Source: Opitutia bacterium
Lineage (GTDB): Bacteria > Verrucomicrobiota > Verrucomicrobiia > Opitutales > T3Sed10-336
NCBI GenBank assembly: GCA_050506795.1
Contig: JBJHCF010000040.1
Location: 1-52,531 of the forward strand
Length of the DNA: 52,531 nt
Direction: 5' to 3'
Below, piece after piece: positions 31,023 to 41,405 of this stretch (positions within the stretch are counted from its first letter, which is position 1; every line of letters begins with the position of its first letter). Position numbers and translations under genes: made by a program. The notes below the pieces were generated by a model. It made no database searches and was not told where the DNA came from. It worked only from the letters and a program-made list of their open reading frames with translations.

Positions 31023-32213
31023 ATGGCATCGTTCCCCGGCACCCGGAACCGTGTCCCGCTCGGAGCCTTCCTGATGTCGGCGCCGCATCACCCGGATCGA
31101 ACCGCGCACCCGTTGCCTCGGCTTACCGAGGTCGAGTCCGCTCCTGTGAATCCGCCCGGTTCCTACCTGCGGATCCTTCCCATGGACCCGCACCGGCTTT
31201 TCGTGTATTGGAAACTTTCGGACAGTTTCACCCGGGAGGCTCACCTCACGGTGGGCCGTCCGGCTGTTCCCGACCGCCTCCTGCTCAGGATTTTCCAGTT
31301 GGACGGACTTAACTCGGGGCTTTCACGCGCCCGGATCACGGAAACCGTTCCCATAAACCGAAACCGTCGTGAGACCCGTGTCCACCTCTCCCATCCGGGA
31401 GGTTATGTGGTGGCGACCCTCGGACTCCAGGACCGCCAGGGTCGATTTTATCCATTGGTGCGGTCCGCCCGCGCCGCCCTGCCGGAAGCACCCGCATCCC
31501 CGGAAAGCCCCACTCCCAGACGCATCGACGAAACCGCCGTCCTCCAGCGCGCCTCCCTGACCGGTCTGCCGCCCGAACTCCTCCGGCTGCCGGGAGATGG
31601 CCACGCCATTCGGAATAACCAGCTTCACCCTGAACCTCACGCCGCAGTGATCCCACAAACCCCGATGCTGGACGAAAGGAATGTGGTTGAAAGCGCCTTG
31701 AATCCCAGGACACCCCGACCAGGTCTCGAATTGGAGACCGACTCACCTCAAACCGAGCGCGGGCGACCCGCGTTTGCCACCGTCACGGCGCCCTCATCCC
31801 ATAGTCTGGCGGCGGGCTCCGCTTATGAAGGTGGCGCCCCCCTGGCCCTGCACGCCGTGCTGGTGGCCGAAGCGTTTCCCGTTAGGGGCGAACGCCTGAC
31901 CGTCGCGGGCATCGAAGGGAAACCCGACCGGAACGGCCGCTGCCGCTGGACTCTGCCCTGCGAAGATTTCAACGCGGCCTGGAACCTCTTAAAGAAGCCC
32001 GCAGCACCCGCAAACGGCGTCGCGCTCGGCTCTGAACCCCGCTTCATTCTTGAACTCGAGGGGATTGTCCGGGACAAAACCTACCTGGCCAGATTGCCGC
32101 GAGGTCTGGAGGTGGACGCGGCCAACCGATTCCGCGCCGCCCGCCACCTGCCAAGCGATCACGCCCTCGTTCCCGCATGGTCCCTCCGGCGCAAGACTTC
32201 CTCCGCCGCCTAG
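31023..32213 (+). CDS. DUF4912 domain-containing protein
   Basis: LRILPMDPHRLFVYW, ATLG.....GRFYPLVRS, PSSHS; start could be 31074. Confidence 0.65.
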   Translation: MASFPGTRNRVPLGAFLMSAPHHPDRTAHPLPRLTEVESAPVNPPGSYLRILPMDPHRLFVYWKLSDSFTREAHLTVGRPAVPDRLLLRIFQLDGLNSGLSRARITETVPINRNRRETRVHLSHPGGYVVATLGLQDRQGRFYPLVRSARAALPEAPASPESPTPRRIDETAVLQRASLTGLPPELLRLPGDGHAIRNNQLHPEPHAAVIPQTPMLDERNVVESALNPRTPRPGLELETDSPQTERGRPAFATVTAPSSHSLAAGSAYEGGAPLALHAVLVAEAFPVRGERLTVAGIEGKPDRNGRCRWTLPCEDFNAAWNLLKKPAAPANGVALGSEPRFILELEGIVRDKTYLARLPRGLEVDAANRFRAARHLPSDHALVPAWSLRRKTSSAA

Positions 32214-32281
32214 GATGGGATCTGCGACGAAAAACTTAGAACCGCCGACCCGCGCCTGAGCCAAGCGAGCGCACGGTTTCG

Positions 32282-33952
32282 ATGAAAGCACCCTGTTCGA
32301 AGTCTCCCTCCGCCCGGCCAGACTCGGACCGGTTGCTCGTCCTCTTGCTGCACGCCCACCTGCCGGATTGCCGTCGGCCCGATCTGTCCCGCAGCCTGGA
32401 GGAAACCTGGTTCTTTCAGGCCCTGGGTGAAAGTTACCTTCCGCTGATCCGCGTACTGGACCGGCTCCGCGACGACGGAATTCCGGTACGCCTTACCTTG
32501 AGTCTGTCCCCCACCCTCCTGGATCAGCTCCGCGACCCCGGCCTGGCGCAGCGTTGGCAGGTCTGGCTGTCCGACTCCCGAAAGATCGCACTCCATGACG
32601 CCGAATCCGCCCCGGCTTCCCTGCGGCCCATTGCCGCATGGCATGCCGCGGCGCTTTCCGAAATCGACCGCTTTCGGGAGGAACGCTGCCTGGGAGATCC
32701 ACTGGCCGCGCTGCTGGAACACGCCCATCAAGGCCGAATCGAACTCGCCACCACCTGCGCCACCCACGCCTTTCTCCCCGCCCACCAGGGCGGCTCTGGC
32801 GTCGCGGAGACCCAGATTCGCACCGGACTGGCCTCGTTCCGGCGACACACCGAACGATGTCCCGAATTTTTCTGGCTGCCGGAATGCGGTTATTATCCCG
32901 GACTGGAGGAAATCCTCGCCAGGGCCGGCATCCGCGGGTTCGGCCTGGAAAGTCACGGCATCACTCAAGCCAGCCCGGCGCCGGCCGCCGGCACCCGCGT
33001 CCCCGTTCGCTGTCCCAACGGCGTGATGGCGTTCGGACGCGACACCGAGGCTTCGCGGCTGGTCTGGAGCGCGGAACACGGTTATCCCGGCCATCCCGAC
33101 TACCGCGAGTTCCACCGCGACCGTATCCACGGGTTGCCCCGGGAAGCTCTCCGCACCCTGATCGGCACGGCGGACCCCCGACTCCCCTCCGGCTTAAAAT
33201 ACTGGCGAATCACCGGCCCGACCGATCAAAAGGACCTGTATAATCCGGCAACCGCCGAGACCCGTGCTCACCAGCATGCGGCTGACTTCGTGGAAAAACT
33301 CTTTCCGGAAGACACCAACCGCAGCGGTGCCCCCTCCACGCCGGAAATTTGTTTCCTCCCGTTCGACGCCGAACTTTTCGGACACTGGTGGTTCGAAGGA
33401 CCCGTCTGGCTGGAAAGCCTGTTCCGCCGCCTGGCGGAAAATTCTCAAATCTCACCGGTCACCGCCAGCCAGGCGATCCGGCACTGTTCCGCGGCCCCCT
33501 CCGGCCTCCCCGCCCCTTCCAGTTGGGGCGCCGGCGGCGACTACTCCCACTGGATCAATCGGGAAACGGACTGGCTGTACCCACAACTCCACGACGCCGA
33601 ATTACGTTTTCGCGATTTGCTGAACCGCTTCAACACGGAAGCCGCCAGCCATCACTCCGGCGCCCCAAAGACGACAAAAAACCCGTCCCCGGATGGCCTC
33701 CGCCAAAGGGCACTGCTCCAGGCCGGGCGTACGCTGCTCCTCCTGCAGGCTTCCGACTGGCCCTTTATGATCACTTCCGGAACGGTGCCGGACCTGGCCA
33801 CCGCCCATCTGCAGTCCCTTTTCTCACGTCTCGAACGCCTCTGCGACGATCTGGAAAAGAGCACCCTTTCCCCCGATTTCGTCGGTGCCTGCGAACGTGC
33901 CGACGCCTCCCCGGCCGCCCTTACGCTCGACTGCTTCAAAAACCATCTCTAA
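32282..33952 (+). CDS. GH57 1,4-alpha-glucan branching enzyme (DUF1957)
   Basis: LHAHLP, ESYLPL, THAFLP, WLPEC, YREFHRD, FDAELFGHWWFEG, QASDWPF. Confidence 0.9.
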   Translation: MKAPCSKSPSARPDSDRLLVLLLHAHLPDCRRPDLSRSLEETWFFQALGESYLPLIRVLDRLRDDGIPVRLTLSLSPTLLDQLRDPGLAQRWQVWLSDSRKIALHDAESAPASLRPIAAWHAAALSEIDRFREERCLGDPLAALLEHAHQGRIELATTCATHAFLPAHQGGSGVAETQIRTGLASFRRHTERCPEFFWLPECGYYPGLEEILARAGIRGFGLESHGITQASPAPAAGTRVPVRCPNGVMAFGRDTEASRLVWSAEHGYPGHPDYREFHRDRIHGLPREALRTLIGTADPRLPSGLKYWRITGPTDQKDLYNPATAETRAHQHAADFVEKLFPEDTNRSGAPSTPEICFLPFDAELFGHWWFEGPVWLESLFRRLAENSQISPVTASQAIRHCSAAPSGLPAPSSWGAGGDYSHWINRETDWLYPQLHDAELRFRDLLNRFNTEAASHHSGAPKTTKNPSPDGLRQRALLQAGRTLLLLQASDWPFMITSGTVPDLATAHLQSLFSRLERLCDDLEKSTLSPDFVGACERADASPAALTLDCFKNHL

Positions 33953-34033
33953 ACGCTCCGCACCCAACATCCGAAACCAACACAATTAACGGTTGAAACA
34001 CTTGTTTTTCGCCATATGGGAAAGTTAATCAGA

Positions 34034-36838
34034 ATGTCCAAACGCCCTTACCCGAAAACAAATCCCTTCTCCCTTGCCGGGGATTGGACGCTTGAATTGG
34101 ATCCCTCCGATGAGGGGGTATCCAACCAATGGTTTCAGCGTAGCCTTGCCCACCGCGTATCACTGCCCGGCTCATTGGCCGCGCAAGGCATCGGGGAAGA
34201 AGTCACACCGAAGACCAGGTGGACCGGCACCATTTTCGACCGCTCGTACTTCGAATCCGAAAAATACGCCCGGTACCGTCAGCCGGGAAATATCAAGGTG
34301 CCGTTCTGGCTTCAACCGGACAAATACTATGTCGGACCGGCGTGGTATCAGCGCGAAATCGACATTCCGGAATCCTGGTCCGGAAAACGCGTTGTGCTAT
34401 TCCTTGAACGGCCGCATTGGCAGACCCGCGTCTGGATCGATGAACGTGAGGTCGGGTCCGGGGAAAGTTTGTCAACTCCCCATGAATTCTCCGTCGACGG
34501 CCCCCTTTCCCCGGGCAGGCACCGGATCACGATTCGGGTGGACAACCGGGTGCACATCGACGTCGGAGAAAACGCGCACAGCGTCACCGACCATACCCAG
34601 GGCAACTGGAACGGCATCGCCGGACGAATCGAGTTGCGAGCCACGGGCCGGTGTTGGATCGAGGAATTGGACATCGACCCGCAGGTCGCATCACGGTCGA
34701 TTAAGGTGCGCGGAAAGCTTGCCGGAAACACGCCTCCAGAAGAGAGCAAAGTCACCCTGCAAGTAAAAAGCCGAGATGATGCCACGATACTGACGAGCCT
34801 CAATACAGAGATCAACTGGACGAGCGGCGGGGGTGTTTTCTCAACGCAGCTGAACCTCGGAGCGAGCGTCCGGCTCTGGGACGAATTCGACCCCGTGCTT
34901 TATGAGCTGACCGCGACTGTTGCCGGAGAAGCCAAAAGCACTCTTTTTGGCCTGCGTGAATTTACCACCGACGGAACTCAATTCAGCATAAACGGCAATA
35001 AGGTCTTTCTGCGCGGCACACTCGATTGTTGCATCTTCCCGCACACCGGGCACCCGCCGATGGACGTGGATTCGTGGCGCGCAATCTTGGGGAAAATCCG
35101 GGAATACGGTCTCAATCATGTTCGCTTCCATTCATGGTGCCCGCCCGAAGCGGCCTTTATCGCCGGAGATGAATTGGGCCTCTACTTCCAGGTGGAATGC
35201 GCCGTCTGGCCGAACGCAACCGCCGTGCTCGGGTCCGACTCGCCAGGCGGAATCGGGGATGGACGCGAAATCGACCGCTGGGCGATCTCCGAAGGCGAGC
35301 GGATACTGCGAACCTACGGCAACCACCCGTGTTTTGTGCTCATGGCTTGTGGCAACGAACCCGGGGGAGCCCGCCACAAGGAATATCTCAGCGCCTGGGT
35401 GAAGCATTTTCGTCAACTCGACGGGCGTCGTCTTTACACCGGAACCGCAGGCTGGCCGGAACTGCCGGAGAACCAGTTTCACGTCATCCCCGATCCCCGC
35501 ATCCACCAATGGGGCGACGGCCTGGCCTGCCGGATCAACGGCCAACCTCCGGCGACCACCCACGATTACCGCGAAGTCATTTTCAGTCGCGACGTTCCGG
35601 TCGTCAGCCATGAGATCGGTCAATGGTGCGCGTATCCACCGTTAGGAGACAGCGGAAAATACCGGGGGGTTCTCAAAGCGCGAAGTTATGAAATCTTCGC
35701 CGAAGACCTGGCGGCACATCACATGGCCGATCAGGCGGATGACTTCCTCCACGCATCCGGCAAGCTGCAAGCAATTTGTTACAAAGAAGAGATCGAATCC
35801 GCTTTGCGCACACCCGGAATGGCCGGATTTCAACTGCTGGGGCTGCAGGATTTTCCCGGACAAGGAACGGCGCCGGTCGGATTCCTCGACGCCTTCTGGG
35901 AGGAAAAAGGCTACCTTTCCGCCGCTGAAATGCGGCGTTTCTGTGGTCCGACCGTGCCGCTGGCGCGATTACGGAAGCGGGTCTTCACCACCGACGAAGC
36001 GCTGCACGCCGATATCGAGGCGGCGCACTTTGGCGCGTCCCCGCTTAAGGACGCCGTCACCTCCTGGGAACTCGCGTGCGACCGCGACCCGGTGGTGCAT
36101 CGTGGCGAGTTTTCACCCACCAACATTCCCCTCGGGAACGGCCATCATCTCGGGCGGATCTCCGTCGATCTGCAGGGCATCGCCGCTCCCGCGCGCTATA
36201 AATTGACCGTTCGCATTACCGCCCCTGGAACCTCCTGCGAGAACGATTGGGACCTCTGGCTATATCCCTCTCAGATTGATGTCACAGTTTCAAAGGAGCT
36301 TTCCGTTGTTCGTTCCGCGCCCGATGCATTGGCTTTGCTGGAAAAGGGCCGGACCGTTTTGCTCATACCAGGTGCAAGGCAGCTCCGAAATGATATCGCT
36401 CTCGGATTTTCACCAATCTTCTGGAACACCGCGTGCACGCAGGGCCAGCCGCCGCATACGCTCGGAATTCTTTGCGATCCGACCCATCCTTTATTCGCAC
36501 ACTTCCCGACCGATTCCCACAGTAACTGGCAATGGTGGTACCTCATCACCCACGCCGCAGCCGTAAACCTGGATGAATTGCCCTCCGGATTCCGCCCTCT
36601 TGTGCAGGTGGTGGACGACTGGTTCAACAATCGCAGGCTGGGCCTGATCCTCGAGGCGCGGGTCGGAGCGGGAAAGCTCATCGCATGCAGTATCGATATT
36701 TTGGATAACAAGGAAAACAATCCCGTCGCACGCCAGCTTCTGCACAGTCTGGCCACCTATGCAACCAGCCCCTCCTTCCAACCCGCCGATCGGCTTTCCG
36801 ATCTGGATGTCAAAGCCCTGTTCGAGACTGAACTCTGA
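34034..36838 (+). CDS. GH2-family glycoside hydrolase
   Basis: YVGPAWYQR, WNGIAG, LWDEF.P.LY, GLNHVRFHSWCPPEAAF, GNE acid/base, SHEIGQW; no clear signal peptide; start may be 34016. Confidence 0.85.
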   Translation: MSKRPYPKTNPFSLAGDWTLELDPSDEGVSNQWFQRSLAHRVSLPGSLAAQGIGEEVTPKTRWTGTIFDRSYFESEKYARYRQPGNIKVPFWLQPDKYYVGPAWYQREIDIPESWSGKRVVLFLERPHWQTRVWIDEREVGSGESLSTPHEFSVDGPLSPGRHRITIRVDNRVHIDVGENAHSVTDHTQGNWNGIAGRIELRATGRCWIEELDIDPQVASRSIKVRGKLAGNTPPEESKVTLQVKSRDDATILTSLNTEINWTSGGGVFSTQLNLGASVRLWDEFDPVLYELTATVAGEAKSTLFGLREFTTDGTQFSINGNKVFLRGTLDCCIFPHTGHPPMDVDSWRAILGKIREYGLNHVRFHSWCPPEAAFIAGDELGLYFQVECAVWPNATAVLGSDSPGGIGDGREIDRWAISEGERILRTYGNHPCFVLMACGNEPGGARHKEYLSAWVKHFRQLDGRRLYTGTAGWPELPENQFHVIPDPRIHQWGDGLACRINGQPPATTHDYREVIFSRDVPVVSHEIGQWCAYPPLGDSGKYRGVLKARSYEIFAEDLAAHHMADQADDFLHASGKLQAICYKEEIESALRTPGMAGFQLLGLQDFPGQGTAPVGFLDAFWEEKGYLSAAEMRRFCGPTVPLARLRKRVFTTDEALHADIEAAHFGASPLKDAVTSWELACDRDPVVHRGEFSPTNIPLGNGHHLGRISVDLQGIAAPARYKLTVRITAPGTSCENDWDLWLYPSQIDVTVSKELSVVRSAPDALALLEKGRTVLLIPGARQLRNDIALGFSPIFWNTACTQGQPPHTLGILCDPTHPLFAHFPTDSHSNWQWWYLITHAAAVNLDELPSGFRPLVQVVDDWFNNRRLGLILEARVGAGKLIACSIDILDNKENNPVARQLLHSLATYATSPSFQPADRLSDLDVKALFETEL

Positions 36839-36919
36839 ATTGGAGATTTGAGCGGAAGTTTTTTTCCGGTTCGTCTATCTTCGGTGAACGAAGCGGGTGG
36901 AATTATTATTGCGCGAGCC

Positions 36920-37549
36920 CTAAGGTCCCCTTTCGCCGCCGTCCCCGGGCTCAACGCCCCGGAAATTCGAGAGCAGAACAAGTCCTCGCACTTCGAACCC
37001 GAGCGCTTCCAGCCATCTCGCGGATCGGTGGTTGGAATTCCGGAAGAGGTGATACGTTCCCTCGTACCGCACGAACTCCAGACCGTTCCAGGCGTGGTGC
37101 CTGTCGGCCTCCATGTTCATCTGCCACGTGGCTTCAAGTAATTCTCGCAGTTCGTGGACGTATTCCTTTTCCGCGAAAAAAAGGACCGAACGCCGGCCGC
37201 CCACCGCGAGCCGGAAGGCGTCCTCGTCATCAAAACGCGGGAGACGCTGACGAGCAAGGGTCGGCTGCCCGAAGCCGCTCAGAGCGCGAAGACTCGATAC
37301 CGGACCGGTCTTTCTAAGGGCATAAAAGTTCCACTCGCCAAACCCGTATTCGACCATCTGGAGTTCATCCATGGGCAACGCCAAGCGGGTGTGACGGCCA
37401 TAATCCGTGAGAATGACCGGCGCCGGATCCCTTACCGCCGCCGGAGGAATCACCCGCCAGGCGCAACCTGAGAGAAGAAATGAAACAATAAGCAGAGGGA
37501 GCCACCCACTGATCAGCCCCGAAGTCCCGAACAGTTTTCTCGATCTCAT
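36920..37549 (-). CDS. Putative lipoprotein (DUF2459-like)
   Basis: LSGC lipobox, GRHTRLALP, EYGFGEWNFY, YHLFRNSN. Confidence 0.6.
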   Translation of the reverse strand: MRSRKLFGTSGLISGWLPLLIVSFLLSGCAWRVIPPAAVRDPAPVILTDYGRHTRLALPMDELQMVEYGFGEWNFYALRKTGPVSSLRALSGFGQPTLARQRLPRFDDEDAFRLAVGGRRSVLFFAEKEYVHELRELLEATWQMNMEADRHHAWNGLEFVRYEGTYHLFRNSNHRSARWLEALGFEVRGLVLLSNFRGVEPGDGGERGP

Positions 37550-37608
37550 TTTTCACGATATCCCAGGAGTTGGTCGAATGTGGCGTGGATATTTCCGGAG
37601 TCGTTCTG

Positions 37609-39216
37609 TCAGGGGATGTTTTTCTTCTCGACCGTCCAGCCTTCCATCTGTGCCAGGCCGCCAGGGTCGCCGACAAACATTTTCGCAGCCTCATTGTCAC
37701 CCTTCAACTGCCACTGAAACCATGCCGTGGCGACAATGGCGTATTCACCCCCGTGCGGTTCGCCATAGGTACCGCCATGCCCGACATCCAGATTCGCCGC
37801 GAAAACCGGGACATGGTTGATCCGGCGAACGTCATCCATTCCATTGTTGTAAGCGATGTCGCTTTCGCCTCCCAGGATGTAGATCACAGGCGTGTGGAGT
37901 TTATCCAGATGGTCCTTGGTCAGCCCCGGCATCCCGCTCCTGCCGCTGCCCGGGCTGCTTAGAATTCCGCTGTTGCAGACCATTACAGTGGTTACGCGCG
38001 GATCCGTCGCAACCTCCAGCGCCTGCAAGCCGCCGCACGACATCCCGCTCACCGCGATACTATTCGTGTCGAGTTTTCCATAATACGGGCTGGTCGGGTC
38101 GCTGTTGCGGGCGATCGCCCAGTCGATCGCGTCGATCAAAGCGCTCGATCGTGTCGGACCGCCTTCGGCTCCCCGCTGGCCTGGAGCCGGCATGGGACCG
38201 ATCGCGATAACGAGGAACCCGTGTGACGCCACTTCGGACAGGAAATTGACATGCTCCCACGGCGAATTGGCGCACGCACCGTTACCCCAGGCAATAATTG
38301 GCAGCTTTGCATTGCGGCCAAACACGCTGAGATCTTGCGGACGAAAGATAGTGTGGGTCGGAATGGAACCGTCCGAAGCCATGATCGCCTTGTGGTTTCC
38401 AGTCCCGCCGTCCTCCACGATCCTGCTCTCCGTTTCAGTCGAGACCGCTGCGCCGGGCACAATCGGGTGCATGGCAAAATTCTGTTCGTCGAAGTACTTC
38501 AGGCGGTGGGGAATAGTTTCCTCGATGGTGTTCGCCAGGGAGTCCGGAATCCGGTCGCGGCGGTAACGAAGCGCAAAATGCAACAGGTAACTCTCGGCGA
38601 TATCCTCGCGGAACGGATGGCTGCGCGCGTAGGTCGAGATGAACCTTCCGTCGGCCTCCTGGGCGGCGAGCCATCCCTCGCTGCGGGCGTGGGTCCGGTC
38701 GAGCGAGGTGTGAGCGGCCTCGTGAATCAACGTTTCCTCCAGGATACCGCTCGCGATGTAGCGGTCCCCCTGGCCGGTGTGAATGAGCACATTATTACCG
38801 CCTCCGCCAAAGGGCCGTACCCCCTGGTGGATGGTTATGGTCCGCACGTCCCGGCGGAGCTCGGTCGGGATACGGCCCAGGGCAGTCGCGTACTTTTCCG
38901 CCACGGCGAAGGCCGTTTCGACGTCGCCGAATTCGGGATTAACCTGGACCTCGGATCTCAGCCCGTCGTCAAAGCGCGCGTCGAACAAAAAAGCCTCAAC
39001 CTCCACCCGTCCGTTGACCCGCCGGTCGAACATTCTCCGCATGCCCTGGCCGGCGGGCTCGATACTCTCCAGCGCGGTTGGGTCGGTTTCCACAATGATA
39101 TTGGGAACGACAAAGATCGTTCCGGAAAATGGCGGCGTGGTCTGTTCGGTTTCACCCCAAACCATCCCCGTTCCAATCCCCATGCCCAGTAACCCAACAA
39201 GCAGTAAACGTTTCAT
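37609..39216 (-). CDS. Secreted fusion of an HEXXH metallopeptidase-like domain and an alpha/beta hydrolase
   Basis: Signal peptide; LIHEAAH and EDIAES; then WGNGAC, GMSCGG nucleophile elbow, D and GHGGT. Confidence 0.75.
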   Translation of the reverse strand: MKRLLLVGLLGMGIGTGMVWGETEQTTPPFSGTIFVVPNIIVETDPTALESIEPAGQGMRRMFDRRVNGRVEVEAFLFDARFDDGLRSEVQVNPEFGDVETAFAVAEKYATALGRIPTELRRDVRTITIHQGVRPFGGGGNNVLIHTGQGDRYIASGILEETLIHEAAHTSLDRTHARSEGWLAAQEADGRFISTYARSHPFREDIAESYLLHFALRYRRDRIPDSLANTIEETIPHRLKYFDEQNFAMHPIVPGAAVSTETESRIVEDGGTGNHKAIMASDGSIPTHTIFRPQDLSVFGRNAKLPIIAWGNGACANSPWEHVNFLSEVASHGFLVIAIGPMPAPGQRGAEGGPTRSSALIDAIDWAIARNSDPTSPYYGKLDTNSIAVSGMSCGGLQALEVATDPRVTTVMVCNSGILSSPGSGRSGMPGLTKDHLDKLHTPVIYILGGESDIAYNNGMDDVRRINHVPVFAANLDVGHGGTYGEPHGGEYAIVATAWFQWQLKGDNEAAKMFVGDPGGLAQMEGWTVEKKNIP

Positions 39217-39310
39217 GATCAATCCTGACACCAGGTTCCGACTGTTAATGATAATGGAGAAGACCCGGCCGCAACCTGTGTCGCACCTCGGGAAAAGTCA
39301 ACCTGTTCCC

Positions 39311-39358
39311 TAGCAGCCTGTCTGCCTTAGGCTACCACCTGAGGCAGACAGGCTGCTA
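39311..39358. repeat. Palindromic element, possible IS-end remnant
   Basis: TAGCAGCCTGTCTGCCTtAGG-ctacca-CCTgAGGCAGACAGGCTGCTA, 21-bp arms with 1 mismatch. Confidence 0.75.
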
Positions 39359-39361
39359 ATA

Positions 39362-39516
39362 GAGGAAATATCATGACAAGAGAGTGGAATAAAAGTAAAG
39401 AAAACCCATGAAAGCGCATACAAAGGCCCCTTTAGGCTCAAATCTCGTTCGTTTTTCTTCTATTTTTTTTGCTTTTTCTTCAAAATCCCCCCCGCATTTT
39501 GTCATGATAATTCCTC
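39362..39516. mobile_element. MITE-like element with 18-bp terminal inverted repeats
   Basis: GAGGAAATATCATGACAA (39362-39379) vs TTGTCATGATAATTCCTC (39499-39516), 17/18 match; AT-rich non-coding interior. Confidence 0.55.
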
Positions 39517-39519
39517 ATT

Positions 39520-39553
39520 TAGGAGTCTGTTGGCGAAGCCCGACAGACTCCTA
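39520..39553. repeat. Palindromic element, possible IS-end remnant
   Basis: TAGGAGTCTGTtGG-cgaagc-CCGACAGACTCCTA. Confidence 0.7.
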
Positions 39554-39563
39554 GCAGGCAACG

Positions 39564-41150
39564 ATGTCCACGGTCTCCTGGCAATTCCCCTACCCTTCCC
39601 GGCGCATGCCCGTGGCGGCGCGGAACGTGGTGGCGACCTCCCAACCTCTGGCCACCCAGGCGGGAATCGCCGCCATGCGGCGAGGCGGCAATGCGATCGA
39701 CGCGGCCCTCGCCGCCGCCATTACCCTGACCGTGGTCGAGCCGACCGGCAACGGAATCGGCGGCGACGCCTTCGCGCTGCTTTGGGACGGTTCCAAACTG
39801 CACGGTTACAACGGATCGGGACGAGCGCCGGCAGCATTGTCGACGGACCGCTTCAGGGGAAGGGACGCGTTGCCGGCCACCGGTTGGGACTCAGTGACCG
39901 TTCCCGGGGCGGTCGACACGTGGGCGCGGCTGTCCGAGCGTTTCGGCCGGTTGCCCTTCGCCGAGCTTTTCTCCGACGCGATCGCGTATGCAAGGGACGG
40001 GTACGCCGTCTCCCCGATTACCGCCCAGGCCTGGGTCGCGGCGGAAAAACGATTCGGGGCCTTTCCCGAATTCGCCGCCACTTTTCTTCCCGGAGGCCAC
40101 GCTCCCGGCCCGGGGGAATGGTTCTCCTGTCCGGCGCAGGCGCGCACGCTGGAGGAGATCAGGGAAACGGGGGGTGAATCCTTTTACCGCGGTTCTCTCG
40201 CCGCCAGGATCGTCCGGGACTCAAAGGACTCCGGCGGGCTTCTGTCCGAGGACGACCTCGCCGCCCATCGGGGTGAATGGGTCGATCCGCTCGGCGTGGA
40301 ATTCTGCGGGCACACCCTGCATGAACTCCCGCCCAACGGACAGGGACTCGCCGCGCTGATCGCGCTCGGGATCCTTCGTCACCGGCGGATCGAAAGCTAC
40401 CCGCCCGATTCCCCTGATGCCGTCCACCTCCAGGTCGAGGCCATTCGGATCGCCCTGGCCGAGGTGGCGGCCCACCTCGGCGATCCGGCCTTTATGGCGG
40501 AAACGCCGGAGCGCTTTCTCGAGGAAGCGTTCCTTGCCGGGCACGCGGCCGAGATCGACATGCAACGCGCCGCGACGCCCCGTTCGAAGATTCCGCGCGA
40601 CGGCGGCACGGTTTGTCTGGCCACGGCCGATGAGGAAGGGCGAATGGTCTCCTTCATCCAATCGAATTTTCACGGATTCGGTTCGGGTATCGTTATCCCG
40701 GATACCGGAATCAGCATGCAGAACCGGGGGTGCGGCTTCTCACTCGAACCGGGCCACGCCAACGAGGCCGCCGGAGGCAAACGGCCGTTCCACACCATCA
40801 TTCCCGGATTTGTCACCGATGGCAATCGTCCGGTGCTCGCTTTCGGAGTAATGGGAGGGCACCTGCAGGCGCAGGGACACGTTCAGATGATGGTCCGCGT
40901 TTTCGGCTGGGGACAAAACCCGCAGGCCGCGATCGACGCCCCCCGATTCTTTCTCCGCGAAGACTCGAGCCTCGCCCTGGAAGCGGGCATTCCTCCGGAG
41001 GTGGCCGATGAACTCAGCCGACGCGGACACCGGGTCACCCATCCCGCCCCGGAGGGCCTTTTTGGGGGCGCCCAACTGGTTCATCGTCTTTCCCGCGGCC
41101 ACCTCGCCGCCTCCGACCCACGCAAAGACGGGCACTCCGCCGGGTACTGA
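39564..41150 (+). CDS. ggt: Gamma-glutamyltransferase family protein (cytoplasmic, YwrD-like)
   Basis: SQPLA, GGNAIDAA, VVEPT.NGIGGD, ELPPNGQG, GT nucleophile, SFIQSNF.GFGSG, KRPFHTIIP, SDPRKDG. Confidence 0.9.
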   Translation: MSTVSWQFPYPSRRMPVAARNVVATSQPLATQAGIAAMRRGGNAIDAALAAAITLTVVEPTGNGIGGDAFALLWDGSKLHGYNGSGRAPAALSTDRFRGRDALPATGWDSVTVPGAVDTWARLSERFGRLPFAELFSDAIAYARDGYAVSPITAQAWVAAEKRFGAFPEFAATFLPGGHAPGPGEWFSCPAQARTLEEIRETGGESFYRGSLAARIVRDSKDSGGLLSEDDLAAHRGEWVDPLGVEFCGHTLHELPPNGQGLAALIALGILRHRRIESYPPDSPDAVHLQVEAIRIALAEVAAHLGDPAFMAETPERFLEEAFLAGHAAEIDMQRAATPRSKIPRDGGTVCLATADEEGRMVSFIQSNFHGFGSGIVIPDTGISMQNRGCGFSLEPGHANEAAGGKRPFHTIIPGFVTDGNRPVLAFGVMGGHLQAQGHVQMMVRVFGWGQNPQAAIDAPRFFLREDSSLALEAGIPPEVADELSRRGHRVTHPAPEGLFGGAQLVHRLSRGHLAASDPRKDGHSAGY

Positions 41151-41405
41151 GGAGAACGCACTCGTCACGATTTTGAATGATCTCAATATCCATAACCGCC
41201 ATGAAACCTCGGCCCAGAAGAGGTCGGGCTGAAAGCACGGACCTACGCAGTGACACAAATGTGACGCCGTGCTCATGCCGGTGCATGGCACCTATATCAA
41301 ACAGCGAGGCACCTGAAATTTCGTGTTCGCATTTTTAAATTTGATGGTAAAGATATCTCCTCACTCACCAACCGCCCGAAACCCCGGGCCAACGGGAAAC
41401 CAGCT

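Noticed and set aside
41257..41280. CRP-like site (TGTGA...) upstream of the sugar operon
   Set aside because: The second half-site is poor and no convincing second copy exists.
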